NCBI GenBank assembly: GCA_963733035.1
Contig: CAVTBU010000004.1
Location: forward strand, 160,001-224,000
DNA: 64,000 nucleotides
Reading direction: 5' to 3'
Origin: Pirellulales bacterium
GTDB lineage: Bacteria > Planctomycetota > Planctomycetia > Pirellulales > PALSA-1355
This document shows, piece after piece, positions 22,973-34,473 of the stretch. Made by a program: the position numbers and the translations under genes. The notes beneath the pieces are model-generated. The model had not been told where the DNA came from and did no database searches. It saw only the letters and a program-made list of their open reading frames with translations. Each line of letters begins with the position of its first letter. The first letter of the stretch is position 1.

Positions 22973-23185
22973 ATGGCACAAGGAAAAATCAAAAAACTGG
23001 TTCAAGACAAGGGATTCGGCTTCATCCAAACCAACAATGGTGAAGACGTTTTCTTCCACCATTCGACCGTCGCCAATCATGGCTTCGACGACCTGACCGA
23101 GGGTCAGGAGGTGGAGTATGAAATCGAGAGCGGCGAGGCGCCCAAAGGCAAGGGCCCCCGGGCGTCCTCGGTGACCCCGGTATAG
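22973..23185 (+). CDS. Cold-shock domain protein
   Basis: KGFGFI (RNP1), DVFFH (RNP2), KGPRA. Confidence 0.95.
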   Translation: MAQGKIKKLVQDKGFGFIQTNNGEDVFFHHSTVANHGFDDLTEGQEVEYEIESGEAPKGKGPRASSVTPV

Positions 23186-23207
23186 ACTTGGCAAGCGGAA
23201 ACAATTG

Positions 23208-23254
23208 GGCCGGGCGTTCTGCATTCACCGCAGGCCGCCCGGCCTCTTCTGTTT
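23208..23254 (+). terminator. Intrinsic terminator after the cold-shock gene
   Basis: GGCCGGGCG...CGCCCGGCC stem followed by TCTTCTGTTT. Confidence 0.6.
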
Positions 23255-23384
23255 GGGCGGTCACGGCTCGCATCCTGGAGCGACACTTTCGACGAGGCTC
23301 TATAGGATGGCCGGGCGCTACCTGAAGGCACTGGGAATTCGTCGAAGACTTTCACCTCGCCAGATCACTCGGGAGAACGTGGTG

Positions 23385-24266
23385 ATGCCGCCACTTGGTG
23401 CCCACATGTCGATTGCCGGCGGCTACTACAAAGCCGTCGAACTGGCGCAAGCCGCCGGGTGCGATTGCGTGCAGGTGTTTACCAAGAACAACAACCAATG
23501 GCGGGCCAAGGAACTGACAGACGACGATTCAAAACGGTTTCAGGACGCCCTGGCGCGTACAGGCGTTGCGTATCCGATCGCCCACGACTCGTATCTGATC
23601 AACCTGGCCAGTCCCGACGATGAGCTTTGGAAGAAATCCATCGAAGCATTTCGGATCGAACTTCTGCGGGCTGAAAAGCTGGGAATCCCTTACGTGGTCA
23701 CTCATCCTGGATCGTACACCACCAGCAGCGAGGCCGAGGGGCTGTCGCGAATCGTCGACGCACTCGACATAGTGCATCGGCAGACCGAGGGTATCCGAGC
23801 CCAAGTGCTGCTTGAGAACACAGCCGGTCAGGGGACGAACCTGGGCTGGCGGTTCGAGCACCTGGCCACGATCCTTGCCGGCGTGGCGGCGCCTGAAAAG
23901 GTGGGCGTTTGCATCGACACGTGTCACACTGTCGCGGCCGGTTATCCGCTCATCGAGCCGGCCGACTATGTGGCGACTCTTGCCGAGTTCGACCGAGTCG
24001 TCGGCCTAACGCGTGTGAAGGCGTTTCATGTCAATGACAGCAAGCAGCCGCTTGGTTCGCGGGTTGATCGCCACGAGCACATTGGCCGCGGCACGCTGGG
24101 TCTCGAACCGTTTCGTCACTTGCTGAACGATCCCCGATTCGAAAACACGCCAATGTATCTGGAAACGGCCAAGGAAATGGAGGACGGCGAGGAGATGGAC
24201 GTAGTCAATCTGCGGACCCTACGCGGGCTGATCAGGAGCAAGTCTTCACGAAGGAAAACGCAATGA
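23385..24266 (+). CDS. nfo: Endonuclease IV
   Basis: LGAHMSIAGG, HDSYLINLAS, LLENTAGQG, DTCH, DRHEHIG. Confidence 0.96.
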   Translation: MPPLGAHMSIAGGYYKAVELAQAAGCDCVQVFTKNNNQWRAKELTDDDSKRFQDALARTGVAYPIAHDSYLINLASPDDELWKKSIEAFRIELLRAEKLGIPYVVTHPGSYTTSSEAEGLSRIVDALDIVHRQTEGIRAQVLLENTAGQGTNLGWRFEHLATILAGVAAPEKVGVCIDTCHTVAAGYPLIEPADYVATLAEFDRVVGLTRVKAFHVNDSKQPLGSRVDRHEHIGRGTLGLEPFRHLLNDPRFENTPMYLETAKEMEDGEEMDVVNLRTLRGLIRSKSSRRKTQ

Positions 24267-25288
24267 ACCTGTCCCGCGCGATTCTCGGAGCCACGATTGC
24301 CGCGACGGTCATGCTGCCGCACGGAGCAAGTGCCGAATCACCCGAGGCTCCGCCGGACGTGACGGTCGCGCTCGAGCACATGTCGAAAGACGGTCGGCCG
24401 ATAACGTTTTCGGTTGGCGACTACGAAATTCCGCCAGGCGGTCATCTGCAAGGTGTCCAGATGCGCTACGATGCGGCCGGCAAGCGTCACCTCGCGTTTC
24501 TCTCCCATGATTCCGAAAACTACGCGTATTTGCTGGCTGTGGCCTTTCCGGCCAACTCGTCCGACCAATTCTCCCCTGCCGGTCGCGTGATCCACTTGCA
24601 GCGACTGCCCTCCGATGGGCAATCCCCCCCGTTACGGCACGCGGGCGGATTCCAGATTCTCGGCAATACCTTGGTCGTGGGAGTGGAAGACAATCAGGAC
24701 AAGCGGCGCTCGCAAATTCAGTTTTGGGACGTCTCGAAGCCTGACGCGATGGTCCAACTCGAACACCTGATCGTTTCGCGTGTCAGCTCGCAGCCGAAGG
24801 ACGTGACGGCCGGCGCAGTAGGCCTTGCTGCGCTAGAAAGCGGACATCATCTGCTGGCAGTAGCCAATTGGGACAGCCGGGCGATCGACTTCTATAAGAC
24901 AAACGGCAAGCCGCTGGCCGACCCACAGTGCCAATTCGCGTTCGCCTTTCGTTGGGCCGCTGCCGGTGCCGACGTGGATGGGTGGCAGCCCGACTCCAGC
25001 TTCGCCACTTATCAATCGATCAATCTGGTGACCGATTCGCGAGGGAAACTTTATCTGCTCGGGTTCGATACCGTTTTTGGCGTGCAGGACGTCATCGATC
25101 TCTATTCGGTCCACTTGGGCGAGTCGCCCGAGAAGTGCCTGCGCAAGTTGCTTCGCAAGAAGATGCGACTAACCGACGAGAATCACTTTCGCTTTGGAGG
25201 CGGAGCCTGGATTCACGGCTGCTCGGTGACGATTCTCTCGACCGAACGTAACATTGGCGCGGAAACGACGTTGAATGTTGCCGACTAA
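24263..25288 (+). CDS. Secreted hypothetical protein, possibly beta-propeller
   Basis: ATGA overlap with nfo; signal peptide; GHLQG and HAGG motifs. Confidence 0.7.
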   Translation: MNLSRAILGATIAATVMLPHGASAESPEAPPDVTVALEHMSKDGRPITFSVGDYEIPPGGHLQGVQMRYDAAGKRHLAFLSHDSENYAYLLAVAFPANSSDQFSPAGRVIHLQRLPSDGQSPPLRHAGGFQILGNTLVVGVEDNQDKRRSQIQFWDVSKPDAMVQLEHLIVSRVSSQPKDVTAGAVGLAALESGHHLLAVANWDSRAIDFYKTNGKPLADPQCQFAFAFRWAAAGADVDGWQPDSSFATYQSINLVTDSRGKLYLLGFDTVFGVQDVIDLYSVHLGESPEKCLRKLLRKKMRLTDENHFRFGGGAWIHGCSVTILSTERNIGAETTLNVAD

Positions 25289-25306
25289 CACAGCGCGGCA
25301 GTCGAT

Positions 25307-25738
25307 TTATGCCTTTGTCGATGCGCGCACGAGCAGCACGGGAATGTCGGTCTTGTGCCGGACCTCTGATGCGACGCTTCCCAGAATGATGTCGCCGAGA
25401 ATGCGATGTCCGTGCGTGCTCATCGCAATCAGATCGCAGCCTTCGCGATGTGCGATGTCCACGATCTGATGGCTAGGCTCGCCACAGGCCAGCACCGAAT
25501 CAACGGGAAAACCTTCCTCCGCCAACTCCGCCTGACACGCTTCCAGGTAAACCCGATCAACGCGCATTTCCTCGGACTCGTCGAGCCCCAGGTTTTCTTG
25601 ATTGCGGGCCACGAACCCGTCGGCCACATGTAGTAGCGTAAGCCGCGCACCGGTCAGCCGGGCCAAGCCGCGGATGTGCGACAAGATGGCGGTGTCCGTC
25701 GGCGAATTCTCGAGTGGAATCAGAATATGCTGATACAC
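25307..25738 (-). CDS. Universal stress protein
   Basis: YQHILIPL, DLIAMSTHGH, LGSVASEV, PVLLV. Confidence 0.93.
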   Translation of the reverse strand: MYQHILIPLENSPTDTAILSHIRGLARLTGARLTLLHVADGFVARNQENLGLDESEEMRVDRVYLEACQAELAEEGFPVDSVLACGEPSHQIVDIAHREGCDLIAMSTHGHRILGDIILGSVASEVRHKTDIPVLLVRASTKA

Positions 25739-25766
25739 AGCCGGTGCCAGTAACGGTGAATGCGGC

Positions 25767-27119
25767 TCAGTTGGATCCGAAGAACTCGGCGTATAGCAAA
25801 TAGAGATTCAATAATACGATGATCGCCGTCACGATCCAAGCGCTAACAACCAGCAGCGGTTTGTTGACGAAGCGGCCCATCTTGCCGCGGTCGGACGTGA
25901 ATGCAACCAGCGGCACGACCGCAAAACTAAGCTGCATCGAAAGTATGACCTGGCTGAACACCAACAATTCCCCCACGCCGCGCTCTCCATACATGCCGGC
26001 CACAATGACCGCGGGCACAATGGCAACCGACCGCGTCAGGAGCCGCCGCACCCAGGGGCGCAAACGCAGTTCGAGGAACCCTTCCATCACGATCTGGCCG
26101 GCCATCGTCCCGGTTAGCGTGGAGTTCTGCCCCGACGCCAACAATGCCACGGCAAAGGCCGTGCTGGCCAGTTGCACTCCCAGCACCGGCGTGAGGAGAT
26201 TGTAGGCATCGGAAATATCGGCGACGTTTTGATGTTCCGTGCCATGAAAAGCCGCTGCGCTGACGATCAAAATCGCCGCGTTTATGAAGAATGCGAATAG
26301 CAGAGCAACAGTCGAATCGATTGTGGCGAAGCGAATCGCCATCGACTTGCCCTGGTCGGTTTTCTCAAACGCCCGCGTCTGCACGATGCTCGAGTGCAAG
26401 TAGAGGTTGTGCGGCATCACGGTCGCGCCCAGGATGCCGATGGCGATGTAAAGCATCGCTGGATTGGTGACGACTTCCGGTCGCGGAATCAGCCCGACCA
26501 GCATGGGCCCCATCATCGGTCCGGAAGCGATGATCTCGTAGAGAAAACACGCTCCGATGAGGAAAATTAGACTAGCAACAAGCGCCTCGACATATCGGAA
26601 CCCCTTGTTCTGCAGGAACAGCACGACGAACACATCGAGCGCCGTTAGCACCACGCCCACCATCAGCGGAAGGCCAAACAGCAAGTTGAGGGCAATGGCC
26701 GAGCCGATCACTTCGGCCAGATCGCAGGCGGCGATGGCAATCTCGCAAATGACCCACAGAAAGTACCCGACAGGTCGCGAGTAGTGGTCGCGACAGGCCT
26801 GGGCTAGATCGCGACCGGTGACGATGCCCAGTTTCAACGCGAGGTGCTGCAGCAGGATCGCCATGAAGTTGGAAATCAAGACGACCGACAACAGCGTGTA
26901 ACCAAACTGCGCCCCGCCGGCCAAATCAGTTGCCCAATTGCCCGGGTCCATGTAGCCGACCGCCACCATCAGGCCGGGACCGGAAAACGCCAGCATCTTG
27001 CGCCAGAACCCACGCTGTGACACCGGCACCGAGGCGTAAACTTCCGGCAACGACGGAGTGCGTGCTTCCTGCCGCCAGGCGGGGCGTACAGGCGACTGGC
27101 CCGGAACGTTGTCTTGCAT
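25767..27119 (-). CDS. mntH: Nramp Mn2+/H+ symporter
   Basis: [30 protein letters not shown]. Confidence 0.96.
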   Translation of the reverse strand: MQDNVPGQSPVRPAWRQEARTPSLPEVYASVPVSQRGFWRKMLAFSGPGLMVAVGYMDPGNWATDLAGGAQFGYTLLSVVLISNFMAILLQHLALKLGIVTGRDLAQACRDHYSRPVGYFLWVICEIAIAACDLAEVIGSAIALNLLFGLPLMVGVVLTALDVFVVLFLQNKGFRYVEALVASLIFLIGACFLYEIIASGPMMGPMLVGLIPRPEVVTNPAMLYIAIGILGATVMPHNLYLHSSIVQTRAFEKTDQGKSMAIRFATIDSTVALLFAFFINAAILIVSAAAFHGTEHQNVADISDAYNLLTPVLGVQLASTAFAVALLASGQNSTLTGTMAGQIVMEGFLELRLRPWVRRLLTRSVAIVPAVIVAGMYGERGVGELLVFSQVILSMQLSFAVVPLVAFTSDRGKMGRFVNKPLLVVSAWIVTAIIVLLNLYLLYAEFFGSN

Positions 27120-27215
27120 GTGAAACCGTGTCGTCAGGGACCGGTGCGCATTCTGTGCCGCCTCGCAAGAGAACTACCACGCATGGATTGGCCCATTATT
27201 GACGATCGCGGCGCC

Positions 27216-27258
27216 ATTTTTCAATACTCAAAAATACTTATTTTGGACTTACGAAAAC
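27216..27258. promoter_or_regulatory. Tandem AT-rich palindromes, candidate MntR/DtxR-family operators
   Basis: ATTTTT-N8-AAAAAT and TTTTGG-N5-CGAAAA about 100 nt upstream of mntH in GC-rich DNA. Confidence 0.5.
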
Positions 27259-27424
27259 GTAATGTTCCTCCACGATCGGTGGATTACGCGTGCCGCCCCA
27301 GGCAGCGACTACCGCGCGAGTAGCGTGAGCATGCCGTTGTGTCGTTTGTGTCGTCGAACGAGGTGAATCTGTAGGGCTTGTTCGGATCGGCAGAAGTCAA
27401 AGCGTCCGTTGCATTTCTGAAAAG

Positions 27425-27452
27425 TTGACAGTCCGACCCCGACCGCTACATT
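27425..27452 (+). promoter_or_regulatory. Candidate sigma-70 promoter
   Basis: TTGACA-16 nt-TACATT upstream of the GNAT gene. Confidence 0.45.
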
Positions 27453-27553
27453 TACAGGTAGGCTTGTAGCTGGACAGGGCGACAAGATGGGACTTGCCGC
27501 CGGAATGGGCCGTTGAGCAGATCAGCCAGCTGACGAGGTCAGGTGCGTCACCC

Positions 27554-28111
27554 ATGGGTTTGACATACTTCAAGCGTTTTCGCATGGAGATTGACTTATC
27601 TGGCCGTTTGGTGACGTCGCCGCCGTTACCGACCGGTTATCGGGTCCTGCGGTGGGACGATTCGCTTCTCGAATCGCACGCCGAGGCGAAGTACAACAGC
27701 TTCCGCGGCGAAATCGATTCGAACGTTTTCCCCTGCCTTGGCGACTGGCTGGGTTGCCAGCGGCTGATGCAAGAGATTCGATCCAAGCAGGGCTTCCTGC
27801 CTCAAGCGACGTGGTTGATCGCCCACAATTCAGCCGACGGAAACCAGGAATACTGCGGCACAGTGCAGGGAATTCGCGACTATACGGGAATGGGAGCCAT
27901 TCAAAATCTTGGCGTCACACCTGAACATCGCAGTCGACAATTGGGGTCCTACCTGCTGTTGCGAGCACTCGAGGGATTTCAAGAGGCGGGACTGCGGCGG
28001 GCCTTCCTCGAAGTAACAGCGCAGAATAGTGGGGCGATTCGGCTCTACCATCGACTGGGCTTCGTTAAAGCACGGACCGTTTACAAAGCCGTCGAAGTTG
28101 CGTATTCCTAG
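27554..28111 (+). CDS. GNAT acetyltransferase
   Basis: LGVTPEHRSRQLG motif A, LEVTAQNSGAIRLY.RLGF motif B. Confidence 0.9.
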   Translation: MGLTYFKRFRMEIDLSGRLVTSPPLPTGYRVLRWDDSLLESHAEAKYNSFRGEIDSNVFPCLGDWLGCQRLMQEIRSKQGFLPQATWLIAHNSADGNQEYCGTVQGIRDYTGMGAIQNLGVTPEHRSRQLGSYLLLRALEGFQEAGLRRAFLEVTAQNSGAIRLYHRLGFVKARTVYKAVEVAYS

Positions 28112-28230
28112 ACGCTCGCAGCTATCGATCTTGTCGTGCGCCTGGTACTAACTTCGCCCCGTCCGCCTATTGATCCTCTCGGCCGATCGACGTATTCTTT
28201 CGGCCTTCCTGCCAGCCAATTGGGAATCAC

Positions 28231-29475
28231 GTGACGCAATCCATTCTGACTCACACCTTTGCCAACGGATTGGTTCTCGCGGCCGAACCGATGCGCTCGC
28301 TCGAATCGGCCGCATTCACTTTCCTGGTGCCTGCTGGGTGTGCATTTGATCCAATCGATTCGGCTGGACTGGCCGAATTCACTTGCGAGTTGGCACTGCG
28401 CGGCTCTGGCCCGCGTGACAGCCGACAGTTCATTCGGGACCTGGAAAACCTGGGAGTCGAGCACGGCGAATCGGTTTCGGTCAGCCATGCCAGCTTCAGC
28501 GGCGCGACGCTCGCTGGCAATATGCTGCCGGCACTAGACATTTATGCTGATTTGCTACGCCGGCCACGTTTCCCCAACGACCAGGTCGAGCCGGCGCGAA
28601 TGGTCGTGCTGCAAGAACTGGCATCCATCGAAGATGAACCCGGGCAAAAGGTAATGTTGGAATTGCGCCGCCATCAGTACCCCGATCCGTGGGGGCGTTC
28701 GAGCCATGGCGAGGAGCAGGCGCTGGAGCGCATTCGCCTCGCTGAAATCCAAGAACATCACGCCGAGCACTATCACCCTAACGGCACCATTCTGGGTGTC
28801 GCGGGCAACTTCGATTGGGAGAAGCTGAAGGAGCATGTCGCGATGCTATTTGAGGATTGGAAACCGCGGACTGGGCAGGAGCCCAGCGACGGCCAAGTCC
28901 TGGAAAAACGGGCGCACATTCAGCACGAATCGAATCAGACGCAAATCGGCATCGCCTTTGACAGCTTGCCGTATAGCCATCCGGACTACTTTCAGGCCTG
29001 GGGAGCCGTCGGTGTGCTCAGCGGCGGAATGAGTTCCCGACTGTTCACCGAGGTGCGCGAGAAACGTGGACTTTGTTACAGCGTCTACGCCACGATGCAC
29101 ACGCTTCGAGATCGGGGTAGCGTGCTGTGTTATGCCGGCACAAGTGCCGAACGAGCGCAGGAGACGCTTGACGTCACGCTTGCGGAACTCGTGGGAGTAG
29201 CCAAGGGCGTCCACGCCGACGAACTTAAGCGATTGAAGGCGCGAATCAAGAGTGGCCTGATCATGCAACAGGAGTCGAGTATCTCGCGTAGCGGGGCCAT
29301 TGCTCGCGACTGGTACCACTTGGGGCGCGTCCGCAGTCTTGACGAAATAAGCCAAATCATGGACGGACTGTCCTGCGAGAGTATTAACAACTACCTGACC
29401 GCCAATCCGCCAGCCGATTTTACCGTTGTGACGCTGGGCCCGCAGCCGCTGGAGGTGCACCTTGGAGTTTCGTGA
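28231..29475 (+). CDS. M16 peptidase family, non-catalytic subunit
   Basis: M16 motifs ([18 protein letters not shown]) without HxxEH. Confidence 0.9.
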   Translation: MTQSILTHTFANGLVLAAEPMRSLESAAFTFLVPAGCAFDPIDSAGLAEFTCELALRGSGPRDSRQFIRDLENLGVEHGESVSVSHASFSGATLAGNMLPALDIYADLLRRPRFPNDQVEPARMVVLQELASIEDEPGQKVMLELRRHQYPDPWGRSSHGEEQALERIRLAEIQEHHAEHYHPNGTILGVAGNFDWEKLKEHVAMLFEDWKPRTGQEPSDGQVLEKRAHIQHESNQTQIGIAFDSLPYSHPDYFQAWGAVGVLSGGMSSRLFTEVREKRGLCYSVYATMHTLRDRGSVLCYAGTSAERAQETLDVTLAELVGVAKGVHADELKRLKARIKSGLIMQQESSISRSGAIARDWYHLGRVRSLDEISQIMDGLSCESINNYLTANPPADFTVVTLGPQPLEVHLGVS

Positions 29476-30699
29476 ACATCAACTCGACAATGGCCTGCAG
29501 ATTGTCGCCGAGTGCAACCCAGAAGCACATTCCACGGCAATTGGTTTCTTCGTACAGACCGGTGCCCGCGATGAGTCGCCGGCGGACGCCGGCGTGAGCC
29601 ATTTTCTGGAACACATGATGTTCAAGGGAACACCTACGCGGTCGGCCGACGACGTAAACCGTGAGTTTGACGAGATGGGGGCGCATTACAACGCCTTCAC
29701 CAGCGAAGAACTCACGGTTTACTATGCCGCCGTGCTGCCCGAATACCAAACGGCGGCTGTCGAACTTTGGGCGGACATTGTTCGTCCGTCACTCCGCGAG
29801 GAAGATTTCAACACCGAGAAACAGGTGATTATCGAAGAGATCCGGATGTACGAGGATCAGCCTCCGTTTGGTGCTGACGACAAGTGTCGGGCGTTGCACT
29901 ACGGGCGCACCCGCTTTCGTACAGCGTGTTAGGTACGGTGCAAAGCGTCTCGGATTTGTCGGTCGACGCCATGCGGAGCTACTTCCAGCGTCGCTATAGT
30001 CCGGGCAATATCGCATTGGTTGGCAGCGGTCGAATCGACTTTGACGCACTTGTGGCAACGGCCCAGCAGATTTGCGGTCCGTGGCAGCCAGTTGAGTCGG
30101 GACGCGAAGTCTCCCCTGCCCCGCGGTCCAAGCACTTTCAGTGCATACAGAAGCCGACGGCGACACTCGAGTACGTGCTCGAACTGGCCAATGGTCCATC
30201 GGCCACTGACGACGATCGCTATGCCGCCAAGATTTTAGCCACGGTCATTGGCGACGATTCCGGTAGCCGCCTGTATTGGGAACTCGTCGACTCGGGGCTG
30301 GCCGAACATGCCTCGCTTGGTCACCACGACTACCAGGGAGCCGGGCTGTTCATGACGTACATGAGTTGCGACCCGGACCAAGCGCAGGGCAATTTGAGGT
30401 TGATTTCCGACGTGTATGCCAAGGCCGAAAAGGAGGGCATTACGGAGGCGGAACTCGCACAGGCCAAAAGCAAGATCAATGCCCGCGTCGTCCTCGGCAG
30501 CGAACGTCCGCGGGGGCGTTTGTTCACCGTCGGCGGCAACTGGATCCAGCGGCATCAGTACCTGACCGTGCGCGACGACCTGGACGCGATCGACAAGATC
30601 ACGCGTGACGACTTGATGGATGTGCTTCGGCACTACCCTCTGACGATGAACACCACGCTGGCGATTGGCCCCGTCGAAAAGCTGACCGCCCCGACGTAG
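29462..30699 (+). CDS. M16 peptidase catalytic subunit, split by a 1-nt deletion near 29905
   Basis: [16 protein letters not shown]; corrected junction [12 protein letters not shown]. Confidence 0.88.
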
Positions 30700-30875
30700 T
30701 CACCGTTAGTGGCTTGCAATCTCGGCCGACACCCGACGAACGGAACTCACCGATTGGCGTGTAGCGGCAACGCGGACTCGCCAACACGGGCAACACGGAT
30801 TGAGAGGGCCGCCGGTTTGGTCTACAATCCGCCGATTACAACAGAATTAACACGATCATCGAGAGAACGACCCTC

Positions 30876-31334
30876 ATGGAACGCACGCTCATTCTGCTCA
30901 AGCCAGACTGTATTCAACGTCGCTTGGCGGGCCGTATCATCAGTCGCTTTGAAGACAAGGGATTCAACATCGTCGCCTTGAAGATGCTCCGGGTGACGCC
31001 GGATCTGGCCAAGCAGCACTACGCCGAGCACGTCGAGAAAGCCTGGTATCCGACGCTCGAGGAGTTCATCACGGGCGGACCGATCGTGGCCGCAATTGTC
31101 GAGGGTCTGGAAGCGATCCGCGTCGTCCGCGATATGCTCGGTGCGACCAGCGGGTTAAAGGCTGCCGCCGGCACCATTCGAGGTGACTTTAGCTCGAGCC
31201 GGCAGATGAATCTGGTGCATGCCTCCGACGGCTCGGAGGCCGCCAAGCGCGAAATCGAGCTGTATTTCAAGCCGGCCGAGATCTGCGAATGTGAGCCGAC
31301 GATCAAACCATGGCTGCGGGCCAGCGACGAGTAA
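30876..31334 (+). CDS. ndk: Nucleoside diphosphate kinase
   Basis: MERTLILLKPD, GTIRGDF, NLVHASD. Confidence 0.97.
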   Translation: MERTLILLKPDCIQRRLAGRIISRFEDKGFNIVALKMLRVTPDLAKQHYAEHVEKAWYPTLEEFITGGPIVAAIVEGLEAIRVVRDMLGATSGLKAAAGTIRGDFSSSRQMNLVHASDGSEAAKREIELYFKPAEICECEPTIKPWLRASDE

Positions 31335-31414
31335 GTATCGTGTCGTCGGCCGGAACTTGGCCTGTGAATTCGTCTGCGCCCCTTGGGACGCCCAAATTGA
31401 TTGGCGGTTAACTT

Positions 31415-32371
31415 CTAGACGGCCAGTTTTCTGGCAGGTGTATTGGCTCGTAGTTCCTCGATCATCTTACGCGTTGACGCCGCAACCGCGTCCTGCCATC
31501 TGTCGGCTCGGAATCTAGCATATTCGGGCTTCGCATGTGCAAAGATGATATCGCGTGAATTATTGACGATTGCCCCTAGCCCGTTCTCGTCAAACGCGCC
31601 GGCCACGTCGCGCGCAGTGGCGCCCTGACTGCCATAGCCTGGCACAAGGAACCACGTATGCGGCATGCACCCGCGCAGTTCGACGGCCTGTTGTGGATAG
31701 GTTGCGCCGACGACCGCGCCGGCAATGCCGTAGCCACTCCGGCCAGCCGTCTTTTCAGCAACACGCTCAACGTACTCGGCCACGTGTCGGTAGACAGGAC
31801 GTCCATTGGCCACCAGATCTTGAAACATGCCTCCGCCGGGATTTGAGGTCTTCACCAACACAAACAGGCCGGCGCCGCGCTGCCTCGCGGTTTCAACGAA
31901 CGGACTGAGACTATCTTCGCCAAGGTAAGGGCTGACCGTCAGCGCATCGCCGCCCCAGCCGCTTGCGGGCAGTTTGCCCAGGTAGCCCTCGGCATATGCG
32001 GTGGCCGTCGAGCCGATGTCGTTTCGCTTGCCATCGACGATTACCAACAACCCCCTGTCTCGTGCGTAGGTTATCACCTCGGCTAGCGCCGCCATCCCCG
32101 GCGGCCCCAGCTGTTCGAAAAATGCCGCCTGAGGTTTCACGGCCGGCACGATGTCTGCAATGACATCGATCACGCCGCGGCAAAACAGGGTAAAGGCGGC
32201 TGCCTGACTCGCGTAGTCCGGAGCATCCTCAGCCCGCAAAGGCGCGGGCAATTGTGTGTAACGCGGGTCCAAGCCCACCAGCGCCGGCGTGCCACACCGC
32301 TTCACGGCCGCCGTCAACCGGTCACCAAAGTGCCCCTCCGCCCCGCCCGATTCTCGCTCAAGTGACGACAT
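31415..32371 (-). CDS. pyrF: Orotidine-5'-phosphate decarboxylase
   Basis: VGLDP, KPQAAFFE, DGKRNDIGST, LVPGYGSQG. Confidence 0.95.
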   Translation of the reverse strand: MSSLERESGGAEGHFGDRLTAAVKRCGTPALVGLDPRYTQLPAPLRAEDAPDYASQAAAFTLFCRGVIDVIADIVPAVKPQAAFFEQLGPPGMAALAEVITYARDRGLLVIVDGKRNDIGSTATAYAEGYLGKLPASGWGGDALTVSPYLGEDSLSPFVETARQRGAGLFVLVKTSNPGGGMFQDLVANGRPVYRHVAEYVERVAEKTAGRSGYGIAGAVVGATYPQQAVELRGCMPHTWFLVPGYGSQGATARDVAGAFDENGLGAIVNNSRDIIFAHAKPEYARFRADRWQDAVAASTRKMIEELRANTPARKLAV

Positions 32372-32574
32372 GCTGCGATTCGTTCCCCTCGAAAATGCCA
32401 AGGCCGATAGCCGCCCCCTCACTGCTCTGACGCCAAATGCCGTATCATACCGCAAGCCCAGCGTTGTCCCCAGAGGCCAACTCCCGACAGCCGCCATCAG
32501 GCGTTGTCATATTGTCGATGATCTGCGATATTTCCGTTCGGCACTCAGCTCGCCAACGAGCCCGAGTTCCACCA

Positions 32575-32649
32575 CGGGGCGTGGCGCAGCCTGGCTAGCG
32601 CGCTTGACTGGGGGTCAAGAGGTCGCAGGTTCAAATCCTGTCGCCCCGA
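32575..32649 (+). tRNA. tRNA-Pro(GGG), CCA not encoded
   Basis: Acceptor CGGGGCG/CGCCCCG, anticodon arm CTTGA-CTGGGGG-TCAAG, T arm GCAGG-TTCAAAT-CCTGT. Confidence 0.97.
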
Positions 32650-32760
32650 CTTGTTGTAACTTCAAGTTTCGTAGTCGGTTGCGAGCGTGACTGGCGACCG
32701 GATTTGAACTTTTCTGCGGCGCCTTAGCGCAACCTTTTGGCGGGAAGACATTTCCGACCT

Positions 32761-32976
32761 GCCAGCAGCTTGACGCCCATGTACATCCCGGGGAAGAGCG
32801 TCAAAAGCAGCTTCTACGGTAGCCATCCGAGCCTCTTGGATCTCGACAACGGCAATCTCAAGATGACCACCGACTTCCGCAGCGTCTACGGCACGATGCT
32901 CCAGGAGTGGATGGGGTTCGACAACAACAAGGCCATTTTGAAGGGCGACTACCCAGCGCTCGGCGTGTTTGGTTGA
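32761..32976 (+). pseudogene. C-terminal fragment of a DUF1501-like gene
   Basis: SVK..FYG.HPSL.DLD.GNLK.TTDFRSVY.T.L.EW.G with no N-terminal part. Confidence 0.65.
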
Positions 32977-33224
32977 ATCGTTGAATGGATCGTGGCCAGC
33001 ACACAACGACACAAGGGAACGAGGCGTCAATGGTCCCAAGCCGCATCTTGCTCGGCGTAGTTCTAGTCGGGGTCGCGCAGGCAATATGCATGGTTGCCAG
33101 CGCGGCAGCGTCGGCCGATGTGGACATGGTCGCAGCCCCGCTCGGCCAGAAGCTCGACGAGCTCATGATTTCGGTAATGCTGTCGCAACGTTTCGAGACA
33201 CAGTCGAATTAATCGGCAGTATCG

Positions 33225-34369
33225 CTACTCGGTCGCTTCCAATTCCACGGCAATCGTCACTTCATGGTCGTTGCGAACGAGCGTCAGCTGGGCGCGCTGG
33301 CCAACTTTGTATTTCTCGAAGGCCAGTAGCAAGTCATGCGTGGCATGGACCGGAGTAGCGTCGATCGCAGTGATGACGTCGCCAAGCACGATTTCCCCCG
33401 CGCGGTGCGGCGGGTTGGTCGCAGTCCTGCTGTCGCGGCTGTGCTACCCCGCTTAACATCCAGAACAAGCACCCCGGGTAGTTCCAGGCGTCGGGCAATC
33501 CGGTCGGAAGCTAGTGTCAACGCCAGGCCCGGCCGGATGATCTTGCCGTGTTCGATTAGCTCGGGAACGACCCACCGCACAGTGTCAACCGGGATTGCAA
33601 AGCCGATTCCTGCATAGGTGCCCGAAGGACTGAAGATGGCCGTGTTCACTCCGATCAATCGGCCAGCGCTGTCCAACAGCGGACCGCCGCTATTGCCGGG
33701 GTTGATCGCGGCGTCGGTTTGGATCACGTCCTTGATGGGCAGTCCCGTCAACGACTTGATCTCGCGTCCGAGGGCGCTGACTACACCGGTCGTTAGCGTA
33801 TGGTCAAGCCCGAATGGGTTGCCAATTGCAAAACATTTGAGGCCGACTTCCAGATCGCTTGACGTTCCCAGCGGCAAAGGGTGCAGAGACTCTGCTGGAG
33901 CATCGATCGACAATACCGCCAGATCTTTCTCTGGCGCAACACCGACCAGCTTTGCTCGATAACTCGTTTGGTCGTTGAATGCTACGGCCGCCGAATCTGC
34001 ATCACGAATCACGTGGAAATTCGTTACAACGTGCCCTGCACGATCCCAAACAAATCCGGTTCCGCTCCCACGCGGAGTCTCGTAGGCATCGAGGGAGAAG
34101 AAGTCTCGCTCAATCGCGTGGGTCGTAATATGAACAACAGAGGGCGAGACGCTCTTGAATAGCACCGTAGTGCCCTTTTCATCTTCCGCGATATCGCCGC
34201 GGGGCACCGGAACCGGTGGGTTGGAACTTTCAGGGGGACGGTCAGGGGATTGCGGCCGGAACACAAACCCAACAGCTACGACCACCAGCAGCGCAGCAAC
34301 GGTCGCTAGCAGGACCGAGTTTAAGATAACGAGTCTTTCGACTCGCCGCGCGTGCTCATCGGTATTCAT
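33225..34369 (-). CDS. HtrA/DegP-like protease with PDZ domain, split by a 1-nt deletion near 33397
   Basis: GSGTGFVW, TNFHV, TDAAINPGNSGGPL; corrected frame gives GEIVLGDVITAID to TAG at 33225. Confidence 0.9.
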
Positions 34370-34473
34370 CACACTCAGATCAGCTGTTGCAAGCGGTGCT
34401 CATGGGGCCCAACGCCCCGCGAAGTGCTGGACGTTGGGCATCCCAAGGCGCCGGCACGAGAAGTGTTTAACAG

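Noticed and set aside
32985..33212. Small secreted protein gene
   Set aside because: Only a signal-peptide-like stretch within island-edge debris; cannot be supported.
33390..33403. Programmed -1 frameshift in htrA at GGGGGAAA
   Set aside because: Not an in-frame X XXY YYZ site; a homopolymer miscall is simpler.
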